A stretch of DNA of 64,000 bases. Origin: Bispira polyomma. Taxonomy: Eukaryota. Position 1 is the stretch's first letter, and every line of letters begins with the position of its first letter. The stretch is from the NCBI GenBank assembly GCA_965649765.1, contig OZ287749.1, forward strand, positions 35,278,001-35,342,000. The letters run 5' to 3'. The position numbers were made by a program, and so were the translations under genes. The notes under the pieces were generated by a model. The model worked only from the letters and a program-made list of their open reading frames with translations, did not search any database and was not told the origin of the DNA. This document shows, piece by piece, positions 28,105-38,164 of the stretch.

Positions 28105-29419
28105 TATTTACGCCAATCTAAGTGTTGTTGTTTTTTTGTTTTGATGAGGTTGAAGGGCTCATGCAGCAGACGACTCATTAACACAAGACATGCAGAGCAG
28201 TAGATTGTCCTTATTATCCATACACACGTTGGATTAAATCACTAAACCTCCAGCTGGGAACCTTCACCACCATATTACGTCACATGTCCGGTAGTGAGGC
28301 TGTAGAATACTGAGTGCTCGATCTGTTTATGTAGCCTGAGGGGAGGCTGAGCTTTGTCACAACTCTAGGAGACTTCATAGAAGACCTGCTTTATTGTACA
28401 GACACAGATACTAACTCCAATTTGTTCATTAAGTCAGAACTCTATGAGACCTCCTAGAAGACCTGCTTTATTATACCACACAGATATTGTGTTAATTTAA
28501 GTGAATGTTAGATCAAGAATACTTTTACTGTCGTGTAGGTTGTGAGGAGTCAGCTTTTTGACAACAAATTTCACAATGCATTTTAGCTGGGATTAGAAGG
28601 CTAGTATAGACGGCTGTGTCACTTTTAATGTTTAATTCAAGGAAGTGCTGAAGAGTTGTCTGTGTTATGTAGTAAGGCTCTCAGTCGTTTGGTGTTAAGA
28701 TTGTGTTGGGTATAGATACGGTTTGTGTTGGATATACGTAAGTCTCCGTGAATTCTAAGTAGGTAAGTCTGTTTACATACATCGTTATTGGATACCCAAG
28801 GGATAATTAAAAAAAAAGATTGATGGATTAAGTTTAAGTAGTGAATTCGAAATTTGAAATATCTATGTACATATGTAGTTAGAACTGTGACTTGTGAAGG
28901 TTATGGGTCCACGTCCACCAAATGTTATCAATAGAGAGTTTTTCTGTACAATGGTTTGCTGTGCAGCACACAAGCGGCCTAAACAGAGGCAGAATGACAC
29001 CTGGGCCCGTATTCACAATTGTTTAGCAACCACTCAATTAGATCATGTGAAGTCAAATATTTATTAATGATTATACTACATGGTCATTGTTTATGACGAG
29101 ACTTTTTCCACGTGCAACAGGGAATTAGTATGCAGTTTTAATTTCCCGTTCCATGATAAATTAATGCTTTTTACGGTTTCCCGTCTATTATTTGAATTAT
29201 GTAAACATTGCGCACAACTAATGATTTTTAATATATAAAATAACAGATATATTAACTGTTATATCTGTGTACCTTGTTTTTTATTAAGTCTATATGAGCG
29301 TGTATATGAGCGACAATGGTAGAATTTGATGCAAATTAGGCAATCTATCATCGTTAGGAGCACCCCACCCCCCACCACCACCAACCACCACAAGCACCAA
29401 CTTCCATATGAAGATATTT

Positions 29420-29547
29420 CAGTCAGAATCTCGTCCAGGAAATGAATGAGAATTAAAAGATGGGAGTTAACGACTTGGGAATCTATTTTATTATTCTCTA
29501 AAAGTTAATGATAACATAGGTTTACAAACATGGGGAATTTAAAGCCC
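29420..29547 (-). repeat. Split direct repeat B2 (128 bp)
   Basis: Matches 29886-30013 with 3 mismatches by eye. Contains AATAAA on the - strand (29487-29492). Confidence 0.95.
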
Positions 29548-29723
29548 CAACACAGTATACTAATAAGATACTAAAACACATAAAACATCTTGTAAAACAA
29601 GTTAGTAGTACAACACCACAAGTGTGAATGATTAATACCAACATTAATGGCTAGTTCAATACTAGAACCCATAAAACACGTAAACAAGGGTTGGTGATGC
29701 AGCACCAAACAAGGGTGGGTGGG

Positions 29724-29885
29724 ATTCAAATCATTTAACATAAAAGTTCAATATAATGAGGTGGAGAAGCGATGCAGCCGCTTATATAGTGGGTGGTCAG
29801 CCCCTATTGGTCAAGAGTGGACGAGTCTAAATTTGCACCAGGCGATTCTGACTGAAGGTAATAAACTTTGCGTTTATTACCCCCA
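29724..29885 (-). repeat. Split direct repeat A2 (162 bp)
   Basis: Matches 34811-34972 with 4 mismatches by eye; directly abuts B1. Confidence 0.95.
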
Positions 29886-30013
29886 CAGTCAGACTCTCGT
29901 CCAGGAAATGAATGAGAATTAAAAAATGGGAGTTAACGACTTGGGAATCTATTTTATTATTCTCTAAAAGTTAGTGATAACATAGGTTTACAAACATGGG
30001 GAATTTAAAGCCC
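29886..30013 (-). repeat. Split direct repeat B1 (128 bp)
   Basis: Copy of 29420-29547; begins 16 bp after the YR stop codon. Confidence 0.95.
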
Positions 30014-30029
30014 AAGCCCAAAACAGCAT

Positions 30030-31001
30030 TTATGTAGAAGAATTTACCAAATGTTGGAAAGTAAGAGGGACCGTGTTAGTTTGAGAAGTATTGGAGCTAA
30101 GGTAAGACCAGACTGCATCACTCCTCCATGTACCATGCATACGAATGCTGTCCACATCTACATTCGCATCGTATGCTAACGTCGCTGCAGAACGACGAAA
30201 CGTATGGAAGCCATGCCCTAAAAGAGGCACTTCCATGATTCTTAGAATTGAAGCTAACCTGCGTCTAAGCATAGACTGGGTCAATATCTCATAGTGATCA
30301 GTCAAGAATAGAGGATCTTGGGGTGGTAATTTGAATTTGTCAAGCAGTGATTTGAGAGCCTGAACTGGGCACATGAGGGGATTGTTCACACAAGGTAACT
30401 TTATGATATGAGGTTGGCTAGGCGCCTGCAAATTCTTAGCCCATTTCAATGCTATATGGGCACCTGGGTATTGAAATGTCGCGTCCTTCCTACAAATGTT
30501 CCTCATGGGGTCATATTGTGTACTGGAGGTAGGAGCAATGTTGGATATTCTGAGGAAGCCATAAAAGGCCACTAAGAAAGCTGTTCAATATGTAAGTGAA
30601 CTCTCATACATGTTGCATAAACGTGAGATCTCATTCAACTGCTGAAGGGAGAAAATGCTTTTGGTTCTCATGGTACGGGGACCTGTGTGCATAAGGGACT
30701 TTAGGAACTTTTTAACTATTGGTGCCTCAAACACCATATGGGGCAGGGAGTATTTAATGAAGAAAAATTTGAGTGCTGAGACATAGTTCAAAACCACCCT
30801 ATATGTTACACTTTGTGATGCTAGAAACTCCATAAACATTAACATGGTCGCCTCAGACCCACAATCACGAATCTGATTAACAATATTAAATGCCACAAAC
30901 AGTCTGAACTGGTTTTTGTACTGCCTCTGGGTGTTGGGTCGTATGGCATGCAAAGATCTCTGCATAGCTGCGTCCAACATGGGTAGCAAATGAGGTGACA
31001 C
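30030..31001 (-). pseudogene. Tyrosine recombinase of the Ngaro element, one in-frame stop
   Basis: ORFs 31001-30585 and 30572-30030 are in the same frame, separated by one TGA (Y*TAFLVAFYGFLR). Catalytic motifs: FLRISN (R), HTFRR (HxxR), HGTWRSDAVWSY (W...Y). Confidence 0.9.
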
Positions 31002-31009
31002 AACTACAA

Positions 31010-31711
31010 TTAAAAATCAAACAAAAACATCATGTCCCGATGTACATTTTCTATGATACTGTCAGTAAAGTCATTCCTAACTTGACTTTGACTTGAACGG
31101 GACAACTTATCAGCTATCTGGTTAAGTTTACCTGGTATATGTGACACTGTGAGTTTTATATTGTATTTTGCCACTATAAGCCACAAATTCCTGAGAACTA
31201 AGGCCAAAAAAGAGTCTCTGGTTCTACCAGTAGAAATTACACTGACTGCACTTTCATTATCACAACAAATGTGAATGTCCGAATTTTGCCATTGTGGCCC
31301 CCATAACCTTAGGGCAACTAAGACGTTATACATCTCATAATGGGTAATGGATAGAATGTTTAAAATTGGTGAGGGAATAGCCACCGAATACACATGCTCT
31401 TTCCACACGCCTCCCAACCTAGTCAGAGTGGCATCTACAAATACCTTGTCTGGACGAGAATCACGCTCATAATACACTATCCCATTGAACTGCTGTAAAA
31501 AGACTATAAACCATAAAATGTCCCCTCTGTATGCCTCGTCGGCAGGAAAAACCTGTTGGTCCTTGTTAAGTCTCAATAAGGCCAAGAGCCTATTAATAAA
31601 GACTCGAGAGCCAGGAACACATTTAGATATATATAATAATTTACCTAGTAATGATTGGAGTGATTTGTTGGTTACCTGGTGGACTATGATACTAGTTTTA
31701 CATGTAGTCAT
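31010..31711 (-). CDS. RNase H domain of the Ngaro pol (frameshifted from RT)
   Basis: LQSLLGKL, VFVDAT, HYEMY, CCDN and HIPGKLNQIADKLSR give the D-E-D-D set typical of DIRS-type RNase H. Removing one base from a 7-A run near 31725 would join it to RT. Confidence 0.9.
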   Translation of the reverse strand: MTTCKTSIIVHQVTNKSLQSLLGKLLYISKCVPGSRVFINRLLALLRLNKDQQVFPADEAYRGDILWFIVFLQQFNGIVYYERDSRPDKVFVDATLTRLGGVWKEHVYSVAIPSPILNILSITHYEMYNVLVALRLWGPQWQNSDIHICCDNESAVSVISTGRTRDSFLALVLRNLWLIVAKYNIKLTVSHIPGKLNQIADKLSRSSQSQVRNDFTDSIIENVHRDMMFLFDF

Positions 31712-32966
31712 AATATCCTGTATTTTTTTCAGGGGAGATTCTAAATTCTCGCTTGGTCATGTCAATTTGTATGCCCATAACGGTAAAACACGTGGTGGGA
31801 GGGACAATTTTCTTCGGGTTCAGAGGAAAACCTAGGGATTTAATTACTGCAAGTAGAGTTTCAAAAGCAGCTTGTGCCTGGTCCTGATGACAAACTGCAT
31901 AAATGTCATCTATATAGTTGTACACTGTGTAACCATGTAAACTCATGATGTATCTTATGAAATCTGAGCATCGCTGGAAGATAGAAGTGCCATGGACAGC
32001 CCCGAAGGGCAAATTTCGATCCAGATAATACCTGCCATTCCATGATAGGCCCAGATGCATGACATCTGCAGGGTCCATCCTGATATTACAGAATGCTCTG
32101 GAAATGTCGGCCTTATATAACCTAGCTTTATCACCTAACTGGGTGAGCTGAGGAATTAAATCATTAATATGGGGAAGAACTAATGTGAACTGACTATCGT
32201 CATAAGTTTCTCTACACGTGGCTTGGTTGACTGAGGTGTCCCCATATGAGAGATCTGAAATAACCATTTTTGCAGAGCCGCTATCTTTATCTCTGGTCAT
32301 GAGGGGGGCCCAAGTAAACTCCGAATGTGAAATGTTTTGGAAATGGCCTAATAAGGCTCCCTCCTTTAATTCAGTGGAAATGTATTTTTCAATGGCTTTG
32401 CGTTCACATTTCGCAGAATGGTGGTTCTCAGAAGCAGTATTACTGATATGGTGATTGGGGGCTAGGCCTAGGGGAAACCCATATTTGACATAGTCAAACG
32501 ATCTCTGGTCATGATAACCATTTCTATACTCATTCCAACCTTGCCAATGAAGGCCTGAAGGGAGAGGAAATCTACAACCTTTATAATTGGGGACACCCGA
32601 GTCCTTGATTTGATCAGCCATGTACAAATAATGTTCTAAACTGTCAATGTCTACTTGAGGCCCTTCTGGGGCATTTACAGCCAAAGTATCACTCGCTACG
32701 AAACCAAATTTTCTATTGAAAGGAACTTTATTTTTAAACTTAACTTCTTTATCTAAACCCTGGTGTACGGGAGGCCAGGTCTCCCAACAAGTGTCTTGTG
32801 ATATCTGATCTCGAGGATCATTACCTACGAGTTGAGTACCCACACTATTACAGAAACACATGTTATGCCTGACACATTCAGGGGTGCAAAGTCTAATAAG
32901 GGGAGCACCTACAAACGCACTCACTTTTAAATCTTTAAGATTATTATAAGGGCCATGCTTGTGCAT
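31698..32966 (-). CDS. Reverse transcriptase of the Ngaro pol
   Basis: 422-aa ORF with DLS, KADISRAF, LPFG, YIDD and LGFPLNPKK motifs. Confidence 0.92.
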   Translation of the reverse strand: MHKHGPYNNLKDLKVSAFVGAPLIRLCTPECVRHNMCFCNSVGTQLVGNDPRDQISQDTCWETWPPVHQGLDKEVKFKNKVPFNRKFGFVASDTLAVNAPEGPQVDIDSLEHYLYMADQIKDSGVPNYKGCRFPLPSGLHWQGWNEYRNGYHDQRSFDYVKYGFPLGLAPNHHISNTASENHHSAKCERKAIEKYISTELKEGALLGHFQNISHSEFTWAPLMTRDKDSGSAKMVISDLSYGDTSVNQATCRETYDDSQFTLVLPHINDLIPQLTQLGDKARLYKADISRAFCNIRMDPADVMHLGLSWNGRYYLDRNLPFGAVHGTSIFQRCSDFIRYIMSLHGYTVYNYIDDIYAVCHQDQAQAAFETLLAVIKSLGFPLNPKKIVPPTTCFTVMGIQIDMTKREFRISPEKNTGYYDYM

Positions 32967-33105
32967 GCCAGAAATTAAACTGTAAGAGTTAATTATTGAT
33001 AGTCTCGTGCCTTCTCCCCTATGACATGAGGCCGTTGTATAAACAGGACACCCGCCACCACTAATCTTAATTAAATTAGAGTCATGTTGTGATGAATCAG
33101 TACAA

Positions 33106-33251
33106 TCGTGTCAGTCCTATTCAGTGGTAGATTTCTTCTTATTTTGGCATTCCCCCTCTGTGTGGTTATTCGCTCTAAAACGAGCGAATAACCACACAGA
33201 GGGGGAATGCCAAAATAAGAAGAAATCTACCACTGAATAGGACTGACACGA
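33106..33251. repeat. Perfect palindrome, 70-bp arms with 6-nt loop
   Basis: 33106-33175 is the exact reverse complement of 33182-33251; loop TAAAAC. Confidence 0.97.
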
Positions 33252-34743
33252 CACGACCTTAAAGCAGTAGGAACAAATATGCCTAAACAAGGTCTGTCCA
33301 GAACTGTCTTGATGGTCACTGGAATGAGAGCATGAACCCTCGTTCCACCATTTACACGCGACCTTCTCAGTAGTAGTTGAAGTGGTTGCTGTGGGAGTAG
33401 TCTTAGGAAGGGTCACAGATCCACTGAAAACTGCAGTTTGGGAATAAGTTAGCCTGTTGTCCCCCAAGATGCGTGTGTCTGTCCAATTGATGGAACCATC
33501 CTCGATTTGGTGCATGCTGACAGCAAATGTCCCTCTCGCGATGTGCCAAGATAAATTTTCACTAAGTTTAATTGTCTCATCCATCTCAGTCAGCATGGCC
33601 CTACTAATGATGGGGTCAGGATATTTTTAACTAGGCCAATTACAAAATTGCCCATTGTCAGGTCATCGTAAGTCTGTATTTTCCTATTGAGCCCAGTCAA
33701 GCAGGCCTCATTGGGCCATTTCATGTGGGAGGAGGCATGAGACGTCTCAGCTGTATTATATCTGCCGCCTTTACGATGGCGCCCACTTGTCCAATCTCCA
33801 GTTTGACACAAGCTTCAAGTGCAGCAATCCTCTCGTCCACCAGGAGCTGCACCATTGGATTGGCTCTCAGGGATTCCAATGTAGTGGGGCTATCAGGGTC
33901 CATTTCCAACGCACGTTTCCTATGATCACCTGCTGTGGCAGTACACATTGGGTGATGTGGCTGTTGTATCTGTACCGGCCACCCATATTGGTCCTTATAG
34001 GGAAACATGTTATTGAAGTTCATGTCTCGTGGTATGTCTCCGTTACTATGTTGCATGAGAGCCTGTATGCACGGGGTCTGCACGCCAGAGTTCAATATAG
34101 CCTGAGTATTAAATGGCTGTGGTGGTGTCCCGTTTGGTTGCTGCCAGTTCCCCCCTCCCACGAGAGGTTGTATTGGGGCCAACCCTGGTGTCTGGGAGGC
34201 GAGATCTTGTCCCATAGCGGGATCCTCATTCTCTAGCGTCAACTTATGCTTCTTGTTCTTGGCTGGGGTTTTCTTTGCTTTGGTTGTGTCTCGTACGAGA
34301 ACTGCTGTGTCTGCGAATGTCTTAGAATACCTAGAAGCAGGACTAGTCAATACTGTGCCCGCAGTAAATAGGGGCTCTTGGTCATCTGTCTCGACTCTCG
34401 AGGTCAAAATAGTCTCAGGTTCTCGCAAACGAGGAGTGTCCACTTTCGCAGAGAGGCCTATGACCCTCTGTTCCAAAGACATCAATTGATTCTGCACTGA
34501 GGCCAGGACAGAGCTTAACATAGCATCATTGCTTTTGCTGGAATGGCTACGGTGATGTGTTTGTTCACTCTCCTTGGAGGGTATCTCCTGATGACCCACC
34601 TCACGCCGGTCACTCTCCTTACCAACTTTTGTAGGAGTCGGTTTTTTCAGACAACGCGAGTTCACTGGTCTCTCATGTTCCTGATCACATTTCTTGCAAA
34701 ACGCAGACGTCTTTTGATTACTATCCTGTGGGGCAGTAGCCAT
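33117..34743 (-). pseudogene. Gag-like ORF1 of the Ngaro element, two frameshifts
   Basis: Three consecutive ORFs (34743-33721, 33811-33590, 33596-33117). N-terminal Cx2Cx3Hx7C, central WPNE/YDDL motifs, C-terminal CKWWNEGSC...H...HICSYC...H...C fingers. Collinear with the second gag at 35.8-36.9 kb. Confidence 0.8.
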
Positions 34744-34810
34744 AACACAAAATCAGGGAAGTACCCGTCACTAAAAGTATTTAAAAAGGAATAAGCCCTA
34801 TATGGAATTC

Positions 34811-34972
34811 ATTCAAATCATTTAACATAAAAGTTCAATATAATGAGGTGGAGAAGCGATGCAGCCGCTTATATAGTGGGTGGTCAGCCCCTATTGGTCA
34901 AGAGTGGACGAGTCCAATTTTGGACCAGGCGATTCTGACTGAAGGTAATAAGCTTTGCGTTTATTACCCCCA
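34811..34972 (-). repeat. Split direct repeat A1 (162 bp), 5' end of the Ngaro element
   Basis: Copy of 29724-29885; ends about 67 bp upstream of the gag ATG. Confidence 0.95.
34842..34897 (-). promoter_or_regulatory. Pol II core promoter in repeat A: CCAAT, TATATAA, Inr
   Basis: Minus strand: CCAAT 34897-34893, TATATAA from 34875, TCATT with its A at 34844 (31 nt from the TATA start). Duplicated in A2. Confidence 0.65.
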
Positions 34973-35799
34973 AACTGTTTCTGACCTTTGACTCGGTAGT
35001 AATCGCTTACATATGTTATCTTATATCTGTTTTTCTGTGAATAGCAACTAATAGACGAAGTCTCAACTTGGAACCCGTTTTCCGTCTGAGACTTGAGACC
35101 TCTTTGTGAATATGGCCATTGGACAGCTATGCCATTGAAAAAATGTGTCCTCTGTTTACAAGGGTGTACACTCACTCATGTCACTGAAGATACCTATAAA
35201 ATGGGCTATAATAGACTTGTATGTGCATATAACTGGTGTAATTAAAGTAAGTTAGGCTCCTTGTTAACTCTACTTCTTTAAGGGACCTCGCTAACTATAC
35301 TTTATCAAAGAGATAACATAGTATAGACATATACCCTAGCCTTAACCTAAATATACAAAAATAAAACATGTACAAACGTAACTAAAAAACAAACAATTAC
35401 TGTGTTAAATGTGAATTGTTTAATGGTTGTATGATACATGTCAATCAGATGTATATAAGGTAATAATTCCCCATTAGATGTGCATGTATACAACACCCAC
35501 AACACACCACCTGACTGCAGCTTGTATTCTCAAGGTGTCTGTCCCTTTTTTTACAGACAACTTTCAACTTTTGTACTTTCCATGCCATTAAATAACATGG
35601 TTTCATTATAACTTAACAATAATTTTAATAATTATCTCTTGATAGAGCGCAGTTATGGACATCACCGTTATCTATATAAATTATCTTTGACATCATTACC
35701 CCAGCCTGGATTTTTCCAATTGTTCAGTCTTAGAAGCATACTAGGTACGTATGGTGCATCAAAGGCTTAAAAGCCTGGTCAGTTTCTGTTTCAATCCTG

Positions 35800-36965
35800 T
35801 AGCTAGACCAAGGTGTGTGATATGTGATGAAGCGTTTGACAGTCTTGTAACAAAATGCACAAGCATGCTTTTGGAGAGTATTTTCCTCTACATGGTCACT
35901 ATCTTGATTACAATGACCTCTATTGAAAAATCTACACGGGACAGGTTGGTTATTTTGACCAGCCTTTTTTGTCTGCTGCTGCGGTGGGTAAATTGTGCGT
36001 TGAGTATATCTAGCCCGTAGGCGATTGACAGCCTCAAAATTAGACCATGTTAATTTCCCTCGTTCCATTTCTAGTAAAAGAACCTTGTGTGCAGTTTTGG
36101 CAGTAAACCAATTGGTTTCTTGTGCATCTTGAAATAGAATTTGGCAATACTGCAACATATTTTGCCTTATTTGGGGATCAGTTTGTTCAAGCACACATCC
36201 AATAAATCCCTGACTGAACTGAATACCAGTAAGATCATCATATGCCACATTCGACCTGTCATTACTACAACAATACTCATGGGGCCATGTGATATCTACT
36301 TTAATATGATTGTCACCATTACGAAACAAACCAGACTTTAACTTTTTACCTTGTAATTCAGTCCCGTGGGCTTCATCTAAGGAGGTAAGGTGAGAATCTA
36401 CACGCCTCTGTAATTGCACATTATTCTTCAAAAAGGTAGCTGAAGGAACCACTAATTTATCTACATCTTCTATCTCAGGGTCGGGAGCTCGCCTAGCTTT
36501 CTGCACTTCCTTAGCCCACTCGGTATCAGACATAGGCACTTAGCCCGCACATGGTGGTGATTTCGCAGGGGAAGTTAAGCTAGGGGCTTTCTGAGTAAGG
36601 TCATTAGCGCAGACTTGCTTAAACATCTGAATATCTTTAAGTCTATCACCTTTCACTTGCTGCATCTGCTCATCCAGCTTCTTCAGGTGTTGCATGATGA
36701 CGTCCAGCTTGTCCACTACAGGAGCCTGAGCGGTGTCGGAAGCAGCATCTGACCTCTCGTCTGGTTCGGTGAACATCTGTCCAGCAGGAATCTGGAAATC
36801 GTCTGGGCAGCCAGAGGCATTCTCTTCAGTCATCTTGCCAAGGACCAAATCTTCTGTGGTACTCAACGTAAACGGGCAGCTCTCCCCCACAGGCTTGCAG
36901 TGACGACTGTCACACTGGTAACAATAAGCAATGTTCTTCACAGCCCGCTATAGCTGGCTTCTCAT
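35800..36965 (-). pseudogene. Gag-like ORF of a second, truncated Ngaro/DIRS-type element
   Basis: ORFs 36941-36540 and 36539-35730 are in frame across one TAA. An in-frame ATG at 36965 is followed by an early TAG. Motifs Cx2Cx3Hx7C, KLKSG, WPHE, YDDL, LLEMERGKLTW and CRFFNRGHC...HACAFC. No RT follows. Confidence 0.8.
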
Positions 36966-37539
36966 ACTATACTTATTCTTTTATAAAAAAAATAGTGTCG
37001 AGGCACTAACCTAACTGCCTATTCTAAAACTAATTATATTGGTTTTTAAAAATTTTCTTATGATACAATGGCTCGCAATGGCAGTGGGACCACTACTGAC
37101 TAACCTGACCCGTTCATAACGTGCTCATACATGTACCCGTAGTACACCCAGTAATCTGTGTCCCTTATTTGCTTTACCCAGATACTACTGAACCTTCAAT
37201 ATCTCGAACTGTCCAGCATTTACCCGTTTCTCATTTCATGCAGGGGCTAGCTTGGCTCAGCTCCCTGGATTGGTCTACTTTAGTGTCTAACAATATCTGT
37301 AAAGCACCAGCACTACAAATTCGTTGTCCGTTCACCCAGCCAAACAGTTACTATTATGGTTGTCCGTTACAAGAGCCACATGTGTTTGTCCGTTCACTAT
37401 GGTTGTCCTTTGTCCACTAACAAGGTCAGGTTTCTAGCAGCCACACCCACCAAAGCTAAGTGTCGTATTAAGATATCAGAGTGAGGTAATGTCAGCCCCC
37501 AAACTGAAATTTATACATACACACTGGTATCTTATTAAG

Positions 37540-37575
37540 ACTAAGGATACCTAGTGTTTGCACCAGTTTATATAG
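37540..37575 (-). promoter_or_regulatory. Candidate TATA/Inr promoter of the second element
   Basis: Minus strand: TATATAAA from 37574 and TTAGT with its A at 37542 (32 nt spacing), oriented toward the gag. Confidence 0.4.
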
Positions 37576-37985
37576 ACAGCCATGTCTAGCCAAACCTTGT
37601 CACAAGACCTGAGTGATTACACCTCATGACCATGTAGGTTAGATGGAAGGCTAGATGTATGGCTAACTCCCAGACAGGAGTAATTCACCCCACAACCATT
37701 ATACTGTCAAACAGGCCACACACTTCCCAACATTTATACATTAATAGTATATAGCTACATAACAGTAATTCTCCCATGAACTTTACACACTAGTGACCAT
37801 ACAATTTCAAATACCTTTCCAATAACAACATACACATACTATATGTAACATGGCATGAGACAGACAAACCACAAATACTAGGTACAAATAGGTTCACAGT
37901 ATACAGAGCAAACCAGCATTATCGTAAAACCTATAACAGTGAATGCTACTGATTTACACCAAACTGATCTTGATTGTGCCACTCA

Positions 37986-38160
37986 AGCCACACATCTACA
38001 CGTGCTAACGTCTCACAACATAGTAAAGCAATATCAACTCAAAACGTGGTAGTTTCGTGTCAAAGTGACGTCTTTTCATAAAGGGGGGGGGGGGGGATCG
38101 ATTGTGAAGTTTTGTGACGTTTTTATGACGTTTCATGAAGTTTCGTGACAATGTTGGTAC
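37986..38160. mobile_element. Truncated copy of the ~600-bp Harbinger-like MITE
   Basis: Homologous to 14761-14900 and 48415-48555; ends where the CAGGGTTG hAT-like end begins. Confidence 0.7.
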
Positions 38161-38164
38161 CTTG

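Larger units (their letters stand above)
29420..34972 (-). mobile_element. Tyrosine-recombinase retrotransposon (DIRS order, Ngaro-type) with split direct repeats
   Basis: Order on the - strand: A1 (34972-34811), gag, RT, RNase H, YR, B1 (30013-29886), A2 (29885-29724), unique spacer, B2 (29547-29420). No methyltransferase domain after RNase H. No TSD seen. Confidence 0.93.

Noticed and set aside
31485-34794. Plus-strand ORFs antisense to the Ngaro genes
   Set aside because: Shadow frames of the minus-strand coding sequence, with no motifs.
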